Positions 21,101 to 32,149 of a stretch of DNA of 64,000 bases are shown here, piece by piece. The translations under genes and the position numbers were made by a program. The stretch spans positions 128,001 through 192,000 of the forward strand of contig CBDBOV010000001.1 of assembly GCA_965208575.1 (NCBI GenBank). The letters are read 5' to 3'. Under the pieces are notes generated by a model. The model was not told the DNA's origin. It worked only from the letters and a program-made list of their open reading frames with translations, and searched no databases. Every line of letters starts with the position of its first letter. The stretch's first letter is position 1. Source of the DNA: Spirochaetia bacterium (GTDB taxonomy: Bacteria; Spirochaetota; Spirochaetia; SZUA-6; Bin103).

Positions 21101-21433
21101 ATGAACAAAACGAAGACCGCGAAGCTGGAGAGAGCGGGTTGGAAGCTGGGGACTACCAAGGAGTTCCTGGGTCTCACCGGGGAAGAGGCGGCTCTGATAG
21201 AAATCAAACTCGCGCTCGCCAGGGGCATCAAAGAGCGACGGCTCTCCTTGCGGCTCACACATGAAGACCTCGCGAAGCAATTGAGATCGAGCCAGTCTCG
21301 GATCGCGAAGATGGAGGCTTCCGACGCTACGGTGTCCATGGACTTCCTGGTTCGTTCGCTTCTCGTGCTCGGCGCGACGACTGAGGAAGTCGGACGGGTC
21401 ATCGCAAGGAGTTCGGCGGCGCCGGCCGCTTGA
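21101..21433 (+). CDS. XRE-family HTH antitoxin
   Basis: LERAGWK....EFLGLT, LAKQLRSSQSRIAKMEA; partial copies at 20715-20788, 29570-29888 and 33060-33152. Confidence 0.85.
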   Translation: MNKTKTAKLERAGWKLGTTKEFLGLTGEEAALIEIKLALARGIKERRLSLRLTHEDLAKQLRSSQSRIAKMEASDATVSMDFLVRSLLVLGATTEEVGRVIARSSAAPAA

Positions 21434-21520
21434 GGACGCGCCGTAGCGCTCGCTGCGCATGCGCGCCGGCTACCCCGCGGCGGCGACGATCCGGTCGCTG
21501 AACAAGCCGTGGTCGCCGAT

Positions 21521-21650
21521 GATGCTTGGTGAGCAGGATGAAGCGCGCCTCCACGCCGCGGCGCTCGGTGGCGTTCAGCGGCGCGACGCCCTGTCGGCGA
21601 GATGGTGTTCGATGGCGCGGCGGTAGGCGATACCGGTCTTCGTCGCGTGG
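21521..21650 (-). pseudogene. Integrase fragment F5
   Basis: Matches ~52585-52710; joined directly to the int-downstream flank. Confidence 0.8.
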
Positions 21651-21754
21651 TTGCGACCACGCCGCCGACGGCTGCTCCGTTCCATCGGCATCGGCGCGGA
21701 TCGCGCCCGGCCCTGCGGTCCGGACGGGCACTTGTCAACACCCGTCACCGCGTG

Positions 21755-23288
21755 GGGTGCATTCCGTCAGTGTGGTAGCGGTCAGGCAGCCTCAAGCTGG
21801 ATCTGGTTGGATTCTGGGGTGGGCGATGAGGGCAACAGGCTCTCGAAATCGTCCCAGAAGCGACGGCTCTTCGCCGAAGCGCGGAGCTGAAGCATCTCCT
21901 TGGCTCCGTCCAGCGACCAAGTCATCCCACTCTGCTTCATGCGCTTGGCGACGACGTTCTTGCAGGCTCCCTCGACTACACCGCTGCCGATCGGCAGACC
22001 GCACGATCGATACAGCGGGTAGTCCATGCGGTGCTGGTTGGCCGTGAAGTAGTTGATCTCGCCCTGGAGGTCGTAGCACTGCTTCTCGCTGTAGCGGCCA
22101 CTGACGTGCAGTTCCTGCAGTTCCTTGATTACGGCGGCGACGCAGCCCTTGCGCAGCAGGCTGCGCCAGCGCTTGAAGGATCTCTTGAACTGCTCGCTGC
22201 CCTCGCCGTACAACACCTTGCCGATCTTCCCCAAGTGGTCGCAGGCATGCCAGAAATCGAGGATGTGCCAGACCTTCTGCCCGGGTTCGGACAGCTGGGA
22301 GACCCGGTCCCATATCCAATGCGCTCCATCGCCCAGAATCACCAGCACCAGCGCTGCCAGGTGAGCGCTGCGCCGGCTCATTTCCACCTCGATCCGGGGA
22401 AAGAACTCATCAGCATGCTCGATCCCGGTGACACAGGAGGTCTTGGTGCAGTGCGCTGCACCCTCCCGGTCCACCTTCACCGCTGATACCGTCGCTACCT
22501 TGGAGTCCCGAAACACGCGATCGTAACTCTTTTTCCCATCTTCAGTTACCCGCTCGTTCGCGCGTGTCGCCACCTTCCCCGCGTCGATGCCCACGACCAT
22601 CGTCCCGGTGATCTCTTCGCGCACCGCCACCGGCTCGTCGGCACGCTCGACAATCTCCCGCTGGCGTTGCTCCGCCAACCCGTCAGTAACCGCCCGCACC
22701 ATCTCGAACGCCTTGTTCATCGACACCAGCTCCCGCCCGTCAGGCCGCAACACCTCGTGGAATTGCGCCAGACCCTGCTCGTAGGACTGCTCGGCGCACC
22801 ACCGCGCCATGAAGTACTGGCACCCAGGCGTGTACCCGCCCGCGATACCCAGTTGCTCTGTCAGCGGCACCCACCCCTTGCCACCGCCACCGAGCGGCGC
22901 GTAGTAGGCGCGCACCAAGGTGATCACGCCGAACAGCCCATGCAGCGTCTTCCGCCGTCTCCCGACAAAGCGGTACCGAACCTCGCCGCGGGTTGCGCGC
23001 GCACCGACATACCCATCACCGACTTGCTCACACCAGCGTTGCATCGCTGCACGTCCCGCAGCCACCAGGCACTTCAGCATACCGAGCTCCGCGGCGAGCA
23101 GATCCCGTGGTCCGCTGCACGGGTTCAGGTCAATCCCGCACCGGGTCTTGCAAAACCGGAGCAACTCCGTTACCAAGGTCTCACTCATTTTGGTCCCCTC
23201 CCAGAGACAGGTCGATGTTTACCACATCACCGAATCTCTGGTCTCTGGGAGGGTTCCTATTCCGCTACCACAGAGAAAGAATGCACCC
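21755..23288 (-). mobile_element. ISKra4-family insertion sequence
   Basis: IRs gggtgcattc..tgtggtagcgg / ccgctaccaca..gaatgcaccc; 9-bp target duplication caccgcgtg (21746-21754, 23289-23297). Confidence 0.9.
21782..23188 (-). CDS. ISKra4-family transposase
   Basis: GDGAHWIW, LDFWHA, PIGSGVVEGACK, RMKQSGMTW. Confidence 0.9.
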   Translation of the reverse strand: MSETLVTELLRFCKTRCGIDLNPCSGPRDLLAAELGMLKCLVAAGRAAMQRWCEQVGDGYVGARATRGEVRYRFVGRRRKTLHGLFGVITLVRAYYAPLGGGGKGWVPLTEQLGIAGGYTPGCQYFMARWCAEQSYEQGLAQFHEVLRPDGRELVSMNKAFEMVRAVTDGLAEQRQREIVERADEPVAVREEITGTMVVGIDAGKVATRANERVTEDGKKSYDRVFRDSKVATVSAVKVDREGAAHCTKTSCVTGIEHADEFFPRIEVEMSRRSAHLAALVLVILGDGAHWIWDRVSQLSEPGQKVWHILDFWHACDHLGKIGKVLYGEGSEQFKRSFKRWRSLLRKGCVAAVIKELQELHVSGRYSEKQCYDLQGEINYFTANQHRMDYPLYRSCGLPIGSGVVEGACKNVVAKRMKQSGMTWSLDGAKEMLQLRASAKSRRFWDDFESLLPSSPTPESNQIQLEAA

Positions 23289-23359
23289 CACCGCGTGGCA
23301 ACTGGCCCTCACTTCGCCAGCGGGGCGGCCACCGCCGGTGCGGGCACCGCGTGCGCCGG

Positions 23360-23902
23360 GTCACCTTGCCGCCGCCGGGTCGGGGTGGCCGGCGTCGGGC
23401 TGCACCGTTGGCCCCTCATCGTGCCCGCACTCCGGGCCGGCCTCCAGGATCGCGTCCATGCGGTCGGCGATGAGTTGGGCCGGGCCGCGGAGCTGGCCGA
23501 TGGTCCAGTCGGCCGCTTAGCCCTCGGTCATGTCGGTGGGGCGGGCGTGGTTGACCAGCCGCTTGGTCAGCGAACGCGGCAGGGTCAGCTCGCGGTCGGC
23601 GATCGTGATCAGGCAGTTGCGGAAGCCGAGGAACCAGAACTTCCTGCCGCCCGCGCGCGAGATGCGGGCGTAGAGGTGGGTGAGCACCGACACGTGGCCC
23701 GACCGGCTCGCCGGCGACGGGGAATACCCAGCCGGTGCCGCCGGTTTCGCTGCGCCGCCACTCCAGGATCGACGCAAGCTGCCGGGTGATCGGCAGTTCG
23801 AGCGGGGTACCGGTCTTGGTGTGCGGCACGTGCACGACCCCGCGCGCCAAGTCCACGCGCTCCCAGCGCAGCGTCAGAATCTCGCCCCGCCGCATCCCGG
23901 AG
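23360..23902 (-). pseudogene. Integrase fragment F6
   Basis: Matches ~51797-52338; frameshift, H>L in HxxR, stop at the catalytic Tyr. Confidence 0.9.
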
Positions 23903-24188
23903 TGCCGGGAAGGGGGCCTCTTCAATGCCGACCTTGGTCCACTCTCCCTGCCGGTTCAGAACTTGCCCGCCTCCGCCAGATGCGGTAACAATCCACAGTC
24001 AGCAGCGTCCGCGCAAGAGGGCACGGCATTTCCATGCTAGTTCGTTCTGCTGAATACGATACCGCCTTCGTGGGCAGGGAGTAGCTGCCCCGCCGCTGGA
24101 CACGAATAGTCGGAAGCCCAATCCACGGACGCTGCAAACCTCCGGTCCGGTATCTTGCCGGCGCTGAACGTGTAGCGAGGTGTATTTC

Positions 24189-25028
24189 ATGCAACGCCTT
24201 TCGTTGGTCGTGGCGGCCGTGGTGGCTGTCTCCCTTCTCATCGTGGCGTGCGAAGAACCAGTCCCACGTGGCAACCCTGGGCAACTAGGGCCGCCCACTG
24301 CAGCTGAACCCGAACGCGAACCCGAACGCGCACCTGAACCCGAACGCGCACCTGAGCCTGAATCCCAACCTGAGCCCGAATTCCGTATCGAGCTCATCTA
24401 CGATGGACAGGTGCCTGCCAACATCATCTCTGGGCTGGACAGGGCGGTAGAGTACTGGCAGAGAGCTATTACAGCCGATGGCGGCCCACCCATCACTACC
24501 GGTGGAGGAGCGGGGGACTGTGCTCTTCCAAGTGCTTACACTGACTACGAAACGGACGACCTACTGATCGTCATTTCTATGGAAGCCATGCCCCTGGATG
24601 TAACTACGGTCGGGGGTGTCATCATTGACAATACACCGTTGGCGATTGCCTACAGTTGCTCCTACCGGGCGAACGGGCTGCCGTACTTTGGGCGCATCGC
24701 CTTCAACGATGATCCGCACAGGGCATCATCCTTCGATAGGAGCGCGTACAACATCGCAAGGCATGAGATCGCCCACCTGTTGGGGTTTGGGTCTTCACCG
24801 GCATGGCATCGTCACGTCAGCGGCGGATACTTTCGTGGGCCCGAAGCTGTGAGGGTGTTCGGTGGCCCTGTGCCTGTGACATCCGAAGGGCACTGGCTAT
24901 CGGTGCCGGGCTTGACGTGGGACATAATGAGCGTTCCGAGTGTTGCAGTCTTTAAAGTTACGCTCGCAGCGCTCGCGGATATCGGGCACACGGTTGATTA
25001 CGCACATGCGGAACCTTCGCCGTTCTGA
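24189..25028 (+). CDS. Lipoprotein zinc metallopeptidase (leishmanolysin/M8-like)
   Basis: Lipobox IVAC, EPERAP repeats, HEIAHLLGF, HW..DIM, VTLAALADIGH. Confidence 0.8.
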   Translation: MQRLSLVVAAVVAVSLLIVACEEPVPRGNPGQLGPPTAAEPEREPERAPEPERAPEPESQPEPEFRIELIYDGQVPANIISGLDRAVEYWQRAITADGGPPITTGGGAGDCALPSAYTDYETDDLLIVISMEAMPLDVTTVGGVIIDNTPLAIAYSCSYRANGLPYFGRIAFNDDPHRASSFDRSAYNIARHEIAHLLGFGSSPAWHRHVSGGYFRGPEAVRVFGGPVPVTSEGHWLSVPGLTWDIMSVPSVAVFKVTLAALADIGHTVDYAHAEPSPF

Positions 25029-25175
25029 ACCACGGGGTGGCCCGTTTGTATGCGGGGCGTTCGGGTAGGCGCTACCGGATCGTATTGAGGTGGGTTCCAA
25101 GCAACGCCGGTTCTTGGCGGTAGCGGTCTCGCAGTCCTCGCGCCAGTACAGCTTCGCGCAACGCAACACCGGCGG

Positions 25176-25400
25176 TTGTTGCAGGTGGACGCGGATGTGC
25201 TGTTGTCCGATGATGGTCGCGCAATCCGAACGTGCCGGATCATGCGATTGCCGTTCACCACCTCGCCGCGGGTTGTCGTCGACCTCTACCGCGAAGGGGT
25301 CATTGGCCGGCCCAAGGCGCGGACGGCCCTGGAGACGCTGGCGGTCGCCGGGAGATACGCGCGTGATATCATAGCCGCCGCATTGGTGGCGTTGCTGGAG
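25176..25400 (+). pseudogene. PIN/DUF3368-like toxin, C-terminal fragment (another at ~51110-51294)
   Basis: ADVLLSDDGRAIRTCR; lies directly upstream of the UPF0175-like gene. Confidence 0.6.
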
Positions 25401-25492
25401 TCTGTACGGTCACTCCGTGACATGGAAGACGATGAATCCGATGCCGAAGCATCGGCTGGCGGCCGGCTTTTTCGGACCAGGAGCAGAGAAGG

Positions 25493-25795
25493 ATGACCAA
25501 ACCCACGACCATCCGCCTTCCTGAGGATGTCTTGAGCGAACTCGACCGGCGCGCCGAGGCCCGCGGCAAGGATCGAGCGACCCTGGTGCGGGAGTTGCTT
25601 CGGGCTGCACTGGACCGGGACAAGGAAGATGAGGTCGTGACCGCCTACGAGTCCGGTCGCCTCTCCGTGTCGCAGGCCGCCGCGCGACTCGGCACCGACG
25701 CATGGTCGCTGTTCGACATCCTCGCACGGAGGGGCGAGACGGTGAGCGTATCGTTGGAAGATTGGAGGGACTCGCGCACGTCGCTGTCGCGTTAG
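25493..25795 (+). CDS. RHH + UPF0175-like antitoxin
   Basis: TTIRLPEDVLSELD..; YESGRLSVSQAAARLG; frameshifted copies at 30856-31156, 36108-36408 and 51263-51566. Confidence 0.8.
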   Translation: MTKPTTIRLPEDVLSELDRRAEARGKDRATLVRELLRAALDRDKEDEVVTAYESGRLSVSQAAARLGTDAWSLFDILARRGETVSVSLEDWRDSRTSLSR

Positions 25796-25882
25796 CCGCA
25801 GTTCGAGCGCCGCCAAGGGGCACGTTGCCTGCGATTCACACTCCCTCGCGCCAGCGGGCCGGTTGCAGTATGCTCGTCCCCA

Positions 25883-26224
25883 ATGCCGGACGGAGTTACC
25901 GTGTTGGTCGGCGCGGTGGGAGCGGTGGCCGCGCTGCTGGCCGTACTGGTGCCGGTGATTCGTGGGCAGGGGGCAGCCCTGCGCCGCGAGATAGAAGGGC
26001 AAGGGACGAGTCTGCGCCGCGAGATCGAGGGGCAAGGGACGAGCCTGAGCCGCGAGATCGACACGCTCCGAGCCGACGTGGCCGAAGTGCGTCGCGACCT
26101 TCACGTTCTGAGCGACCGCGTGGCGCGCATCGAGGGCGCGTTGACCGGTCCCTGGCGACCGCCGACGAACGGTGGCACGTCGAATCCCGTGGAGCCCCCG
26201 GCGGCCGCCAGCGAAGTCCCATAA
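25883..26224 (+). CDS. Small TM + coiled-coil protein, 3 repeat units
   Basis: (GQGxxLRREIE)x3. Confidence 0.8.
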   Translation: MPDGVTVLVGAVGAVAALLAVLVPVIRGQGAALRREIEGQGTSLRREIEGQGTSLSREIDTLRADVAEVRRDLHVLSDRVARIEGALTGPWRPPTNGGTSNPVEPPAAASEVP

Positions 26225-26306
26225 TATGCCCGGTCGCCCGGCCCCCGCTATCGGCGGAAGCCGAGTCAGTTCCCAGTCAAGCGAACCAGGTTGAGCCGAG
26301 CGTCAG

Positions 26307-26786
26307 TGCCGGGTGATCGGCAGTTCGAGCGGGGCACCGGTCTTGGTATGCGGCACGTGCACGACCCCGCGCGCCAAGTCCATGCGCTCCCAGCGCAGCG
26401 TCAGAATCTCGCCCCGCCGCATCCCGGAGTACATCGCAACCCAGAAGATCGAGCGGGTCGCCGGGTCCTTCACCACCGCCTTGATGCCGCGGTGCCAGTA
26501 GGGCAGGGCTTCCGCGGGCGACGAGATCACCCGCCGCACGATCGGGTTGAAGCGCCCGCCCGCCGCAAGCCACAGGTCGACCGGGTTGCGTAGCCCTCGT
26601 GATCGACGCAGGCGCGGCGGTAGATGGAGCGCAGGAGCGAGATCACCTGGTTGTCGATCGCCCAGCCGTGGTTCCTGGTGAGCAGGGCGAAGCGCGCCTC
26701 CACCTGGCGGCGCTCGATGGCATTCAGCGGGCGCGACACCCAGTCGGCGAGATAGTGCTCGATGGCGCGGCGGTAGGCGTCACTGG
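26307..26786 (-). pseudogene. Integrase fragment F7
   Basis: Matches ~52216-52695. Confidence 0.9.
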
Positions 26787-26827
26787 ACGGCCCGCCTCCG
26801 GTCAAGAGTCGAAGTCGCGCCGCGGAT

Positions 26828-27151
26828 TCATGGTGCGGCCTCCGAGGGCGTAGCGGGTGCCGGAGCCGGAGTGCCGTTCGCGGGGCGCCAAGGCACGGCA
26901 AGCGCACCTTCCATGCGGGCTACGCGCTCGGCCAGGGCATGCAGGTCGTCGGTCAGCCGCTCGGTGCGTGTGATCAGGTCACGGCGCACCTCCGCTACGT
27001 CGGCGCGCAACTCGGTGCGTGTCGCGGACAAATCGGCGGCGAGGGCGTCCATGCGGGCGTCTATGCGGCGTCCAAGCGTCAACAGCATCGGCACCAGCAC
27101 GCCGAGCAAGCCGACGGCGGCGCCCACGATTGCGACAGCTTCGGCGCTCAT
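26828..27151 (-). CDS. Small TM + coiled-coil protein
   Basis: MSAEAVAIVG..LRADVAEVRRDL..LAERVARMEG. Confidence 0.8.
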   Translation of the reverse strand: MSAEAVAIVGAAVGLLGVLVPMLLTLGRRIDARMDALAADLSATRTELRADVAEVRRDLITRTERLTDDLHALAERVARMEGALAVPWRPANGTPAPAPATPSEAAP

Positions 27152-27189
27152 GGTGTGCTCAACAATACCGGCGGCGGGCGGGTGGCGTC

Positions 27190-27398
27190 CAGAGTAGTTG
27201 GTCGTCGTGCACTTGGTAGATTATTCGGTAGTCCTGGACTCGAATACACCAGAATGGCTGGCCTTGGAGCTTGCGACACCCGGCGGTCGTGGGTCAGTGC
27301 GCAAGGAATCGATTCGTCACCGCGATGCGCTCCGTGACCGGACCGTGGATTCGCTTGAGATCGCGCTGGGCGGCAGGGACGAAATCAACCCGATACAC
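27190..27398 (-). pseudogene. RelE/ParE toxin, frameshifted and 3'-truncated
   Basis: YRVDFVPAAQRDLKRI.. then, in another frame, GCRKLQG..IRVQDYRIIYQV. Confidence 0.75.
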
Positions 27399-27582
27399 CG
27401 AGCTCGATCTTGACCTGCTCCCAGGGAATCCGCTCTGCGTCCTGCATTGCTTCATCGATAGCTTTGCGGTCGTCGTGTTGTTCAAGCAACTCGACGAGCT
27501 TCTCGGAGAGATCGACAGGCAGGACGACGGCTACCTTGTCACCAGTCTCGTCGCAGACGAACCGAGGTTCTGTCAATGCCAT
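27385..27582 (-). CDS. Putative antitoxin upstream of the RelE-like gene
   Basis: DETGDKVAVVLPVD..IPWEQVK; overlaps the toxin start. Confidence 0.7.
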   Translation of the reverse strand: MALTEPRFVCDETGDKVAVVLPVDLSEKLVELLEQHDDRKAIDEAMQDAERIPWEQVKIELGVSG

Positions 27583-27872
27583 GATCCAAGATTCTGACGG
27601 GCTTACGGCTCGGCTGTCTGCCAACCAGGTCGCGACAGGGTTGGAGGTAGCGACCATGACAGTGTTCTCGGGGGCGCGCCGGTGGCGAATTCTGTTGCGA
27701 TCGTCCCGGTGGCTGCCGGCAAGGAGGAACGCCCGGCCACCCGCAATGGCGATGGGGCTCAGAACGGCGAGCTTGCCGCACCAACGGATCAGCTGGCCGC
27801 CTCTGCACCGTCAGGGTGGATCAATTTCTGGCCGGCATCCCGGCTCGCTTCTCAAGCGGCGCGCGCAGCGCG

Positions 27873-28141
27873 CGATGAGTTGGGCCGGGCCGCGGAGCCG
27901 GCCGATGGTCCAGTCGGCCGCGTAGCCCTCGGTGACGTCGGTGGGCCGGGCGTGGTTGACCAGCCGCTTGGTCAGCGAACGGGGCAGGGTCAACTCGCGG
28001 TCGGCGATTCGCCCAGCCGTGGTTCCTGGTGAGCAGGGCGAAGCGCGCCTCCACCTCGCGGCGCCCGATAGCATTCAGCGGGCGCGACACCCAGTCGGCG
28101 AGATAGTGCTCGATGGCGCGGCGGTAGGCGTCACCGGTCTT
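27873..28141 (-). pseudogene. Integrase fragment F8 (internally deleted)
   Basis: ~51904-52040 joined to ~52568-52699. Confidence 0.85.
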
Positions 28142-28340
28142 CAGGTTGTCCGACACTCCTAATTATTTGCAGTGAATTGAATTAAGCCGCATTACCCTCT
28201 ATCGCACCCATTCTCCCTACGACGAAATCCTCCATCCGTTCGATCAATTGCATTGTATTCCTCCGCAGTGGTATCTTCGTATGTTAGAATATCATAGTAT
28301 CCTCAACGTACTAACCGCATCGATTAACGGAGGAACCATT

Positions 28341-28856
28341 ATGCCTGATGATGACTGGTGGACACCAAGCGGAGAACGTTTTGCCGTGACATATAGGATG
28401 ACTAGTATAATTTCCAACATAATCGGCGACCGAATCACGGTGCGGTTCTACGGTTGGGCACTTGCTTATGCCTCCAAAGGACTCGTCTGGATCGACGGCG
28501 TACATCCAGGCGCCTGTACCGCATCTGGTACGAACATGGAGGAGGCAATGGAAGACCTGCGCAACACACTTGGTAAGATTCTCTTCGACATCGCCGCGTC
28601 ATCCGATAAGGGATTCGAGGATTTCGCACGAACCATCAATGCATTCGTTTCTGCCACTGACGAGCCAACGCTGAAGGATTGGAATGCTGTCAAAGGCGAT
28701 GCCGAAGAAAAGCCCTTCGGTGTTTCCATAACTCTCGAACAAGCGGTGTTGCCACAAGCGTCAACTCAGCCTCAACGACACCCATTTATAGAAGACAATC
28801 CGAATGTGGTGTCTCCTGATCCGGTGGAATACAATCAACTAGCTAGAGCGATATAG
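28341..28856 (+). CDS. Hypothetical protein, HicB-like motif
   Basis: PGACTASGTNMEEAMEDLR; GGAGG RBS; low GC. Confidence 0.55.
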   Translation: MPDDDWWTPSGERFAVTYRMTSIISNIIGDRITVRFYGWALAYASKGLVWIDGVHPGACTASGTNMEEAMEDLRNTLGKILFDIAASSDKGFEDFARTINAFVSATDEPTLKDWNAVKGDAEEKPFGVSITLEQAVLPQASTQPQRHPFIEDNPNVVSPDPVEYNQLARAI

Positions 28857-28860
28857 CGCA

Positions 28861-29100
28861 ATGCCCCAAATCCGACAGGATAAGGTACTTCTCGCACTCG
28901 AAAAATGCGCTCCAGGATTTGAAATTTCCGAAACTGTGCATCACAACTGGATTCGGTTCAACTCTAACGAATTCCCTTTGCCGAAAGGCGAACACGGGAG
29001 GAGTAATCCAGAAATACACCTTTTCCAAGTGCGAAAAATGTCAAGAACGCTTGGGATTGAAGACTGTATGAAAGAGCTCATCCCAAGCTACCGAAATTAG
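28861..29100 (+). CDS. Hypothetical protein, HicA-like
   Basis: 79 aa; HH.WIRF..LP.GEHG..EI...VRKM...LGI. Confidence 0.5.
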   Translation: MPQIRQDKVLLALEKCAPGFEISETVHHNWIRFNSNEFPLPKGEHGRSNPEIHLFQVRKMSRTLGIEDCMKELIPSYRN

Positions 29101-29979
29101 GTTCCGTAAACTGTGAGTTCGGACTAGTCACAATCGATTGGTCCGGGCTTCTTGTTCACTGTTTCCAATTCGAAATCTGCTTTCCTATCGTTTTGATCAA
29201 ACGCATCGAGAGTCCCGTCGATCTATGCCTCAGTTTTATCTTGGTGCTGTTGCGTTGCGCGCCCCCAGCCGAGGTTAGTTGCAGGATAGATGGCGCGGAG
29301 TGTGGGAGCCTGGTCGTTCCGTTCCGAGTGCGTCCGTGGTGCGGAACGGCGGAACGGTGTGGGTGAGAGGGAGCAGGCAACGGACGGTGCGGGTCAGGCA
29401 GGCAGGTGCCAACCGGCGGGGCTGCAGACGGCGAGGCCTTGCTGTTGGAAGTCTGGAGGGCGGCACCGAGACGGGCGTTGTTGACGCGCAGGCGTTTGGC
29501 GGAGGACGGTCCTGTAGAGCGGCTCGCTGGCGCTGCGGTGTGCGGCGCGCACCGCCGAGCGGGGGCGGCGACCGCTAAGCTGGAGAGAGCGGGGTGGAAG
29601 CTGGGAACTGCCAAGGAGTTCCTGGGTCTCACTGGGGAAGAGGCGGCTCTGATAGAAATCAAACTCGCGCTCGCCAGGGGCATCAAAGAGCGACGGCTCT
29701 CCTTGCGGCTCACACAGGAAGGCCTCGCGAAGCAATTGAGATCGAGCCAGTCTCGGATCGCGAAGATGGAGGCTTCCGACGCTACGGTGTCCATGGATCT
29801 CCTGGTGCGCTCGCTTCTCGTGCTCGGCGCGACGACTGAGGAAGTCGGACGGGTAATCGCAAGGAGTTCGGAGGCGCCGGCCGCTTGAGGACGCGCCGTA
29901 GCGCTCGCTGCGCATGCGCGCCGGCTACCCCGCGGCGGCGACGATCCGGTCGCTGAACAAGCCGTGGTCGCCGATGATG

Positions 29980-30125
29980 CTTGGTAAGCAGGATGAAGCG
30001 CGCCTCCACCTCGCGGCGCCCGATGGCATTCACCGTTGGCCCGCTCGAACCGCACGGTGGGCGAGTGGAGCGAGGCCTTCGGCGACATCCATGGTCGCCA
30101 CGGCGATCCTTGACCGTCTGCTGCC
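29980..30125. pseudogene. Integrase fragment F9 followed by an IstB (IS21 helper) fragment
   Basis: 29980-30032 matches int; VATAILDRLL encoded on the + strand. Confidence 0.65.
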
Positions 30126-30203
30126 CTCGACAAAACGGCCAGCCAACAGCATCGAATCGGGTTGACAAGCGATTTGTGGCGTGCCTACGGTCGGCAGAAC
30201 GGC

Positions 30204-30669
30204 ATGGCGCCCCAGTTGTATCAGCCGCACGACAACCTGTTCCGCAAGGTGTTTGCCGATGCGACCGAGGCGGCCGGCTTGCTCCGTCCGAACCTGCCGA
30301 CGTGGCTGAGCGCCACGCTGGATTGGTCGACGCTTACCCTGCAGGATCGCAGTTACGTGGACGAAGCGCTGGAGGCCAGCCAGTCCGACCTGCTGTTCGA
30401 GGTGCGGCGACGCGTTGCGACGGCACGTACCAGGACCGGGAGGAGACATGAAGACGTACGCAGAGGAGTTGCTCCACGAAGGCCGCCAGGAAGGCCGGCT
30501 TGGTACGATCGAGAATTTCTTGCGTGCCGGAGTCGAGTGGTCGGTCATCACGGAAGCGACCGGTATCGACCAGGAAGCCTTCCGGGCACTCCGTCGGGGT
30601 TCGAAGAGTCGGACTCGGCCGACCGGCAGCGCGACGCCTCCGCCTCCAGCGACAACTGACGGAAGCTGA
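30204..30669 (+). pseudogene. Rpn/YhgA-like nuclease gene with large internal deletion
   Basis: PHDNLFRKVF..LDWSTL..SYVDEAL..SDLLF joined to MKTYAEELLHEGRQEG..VITEATGI. Confidence 0.8.
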
Positions 30670-31243
30670 CCCGCCACGAGGCGGTCATCGGCCGCCTCCG
30701 CGACAGCCTATCGAGAATCGGGCCAGGCTTCGGCGCCGCTCGTGCTTCGCTACGCGGATGCAGCGCTGGTTGCGGGACTTGTCGAATATTGTTCGGTACG
30801 GGCGGTCGAAGCAGCGCCGCGCCGAAGTCTGCCGCTCGCTGGAGGAGCAGAAGGATGACCAAACCCACGACCATCCGCCTTCCTGAGGATGTCTTGAGCG
30901 AACTCGACCGGCGCGCCGAGGCCCGCGGCAAGGATCGAGCGACCCTGTGCCGGAGTTGCTTCGGGCTGCACTGGACCGGGACACGGTAGATGAGGTCGTG
31001 ACCGCCTACGAGTCCGGTCGCCTCTCGCTGTCGCAGGCCGCCGCGCGACTCGGCACCGACGCATGGTCGCTGTTCGACATCCTCGCACGGAGGGGCGAGA
31101 CGGTGAGCGTATCGTTGGAAGATTGGAGGGACTCGACCACGTCGCTGTCGCGTTAGCCGCAGTTCGAGCGCCGCCAAGGGGCACGTTGCCTGCGATTCAC
31201 GCTCCCTCGCGCCAGCGGGCCGGTTGCAGTATGCTCGTCCCCA

Positions 31244-31552
31244 ATGCCGGACGGAGTTACCGTGTTGGTCGGCGCGGTGGGAGCGGTGGCCGCGCTGCTG
31301 GCCGTACTGGTGCCGGTGATTCGTGGGCAAGGGACGAGTCTGCGCCGCGAGATCGAGGGGCAAGGGACGAGCCTGAGCCGCGAGATCGACACGCTCCGAG
31401 CCGACGTGGCCGAAGTGCGTCGCGACCTTCACGTACTGAGCGACCGCGTGGCGCGCATCGAGGGCGCGTTGACCGGTCCCTGGCGACCGCCGACGAACGG
31501 TGGCACGTCGAATCCCGTGGAGCCCCCGGCGGCCGCCAGCGAAGTCCCATAA
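31244..31552 (+). CDS. Small TM + coiled-coil protein, 2 repeat units
   Basis: Same as 25883 minus one 33-bp unit; followed by int fragment F10 (31636-31703). Confidence 0.8.
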   Translation: MPDGVTVLVGAVGAVAALLAVLVPVIRGQGTSLRREIEGQGTSLSREIDTLRADVAEVRRDLHVLSDRVARIEGALTGPWRPPTNGGTSNPVEPPAAASEVP

Positions 31553-31949
31553 TATGTCCGGTCGCCCGGCCCCCGCTATCGGCGGAAGCCGAGTCAGTTC
31601 CCAGTCAAGCGAACCAGGTTGAGCCGAGCGTCACTGCCGGGTGATCGGCAGTTCGAGCGGGGTACCGGTCTTGGTGTGCGGCACGTGCACGACGCCGCGC
31701 GCCATGTCAATTGCCGGCATGCATCGGTCCGGGCGGGACTGGGAGGGCGACCGAGCCGCCATGAGGGGCGCGAGTGACGCCGGTGGAGCACGATTCGGCT
31801 CCCGGATGAGCGCCCGAGCAGGTCACGGGGACGGCCTTGCCACGCTTGCCCGGGCGGTCTGGGCACGGAGCGCCGGCGTACGCTGACAGGCCAGCGCGAG
31901 GCTGGGCGGCTTGCGCCCGTGCGCTGGCCCGCGAGGCATCTCGCGGCGC

Positions 31950-32149
31950 CTATGCCGTCCAGGGATCGAAAACTTTGACGTCGATGCCCTCGAAGTCCCG
32001 GACGTTGCGAGTCACCAACACGGAGCCGCGGGAGCGAGATATGGCGGCAATCCGACAGTCGGCTTCCTGGATCGGTCGGCCCGCGCGACTGAGGCCGTCG
32101 GCTCGGGGCGCATGAGTTCGGACGCAACATTCGTGTCAATGACGTACAT
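31950..32149 (-). pseudogene. FitB/VapC PIN toxin with internal deletion
   Basis: MYVIDTNVASELMRPEP joined to IAAISRSRGSVLVTRNVRDFEG. Confidence 0.8.
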
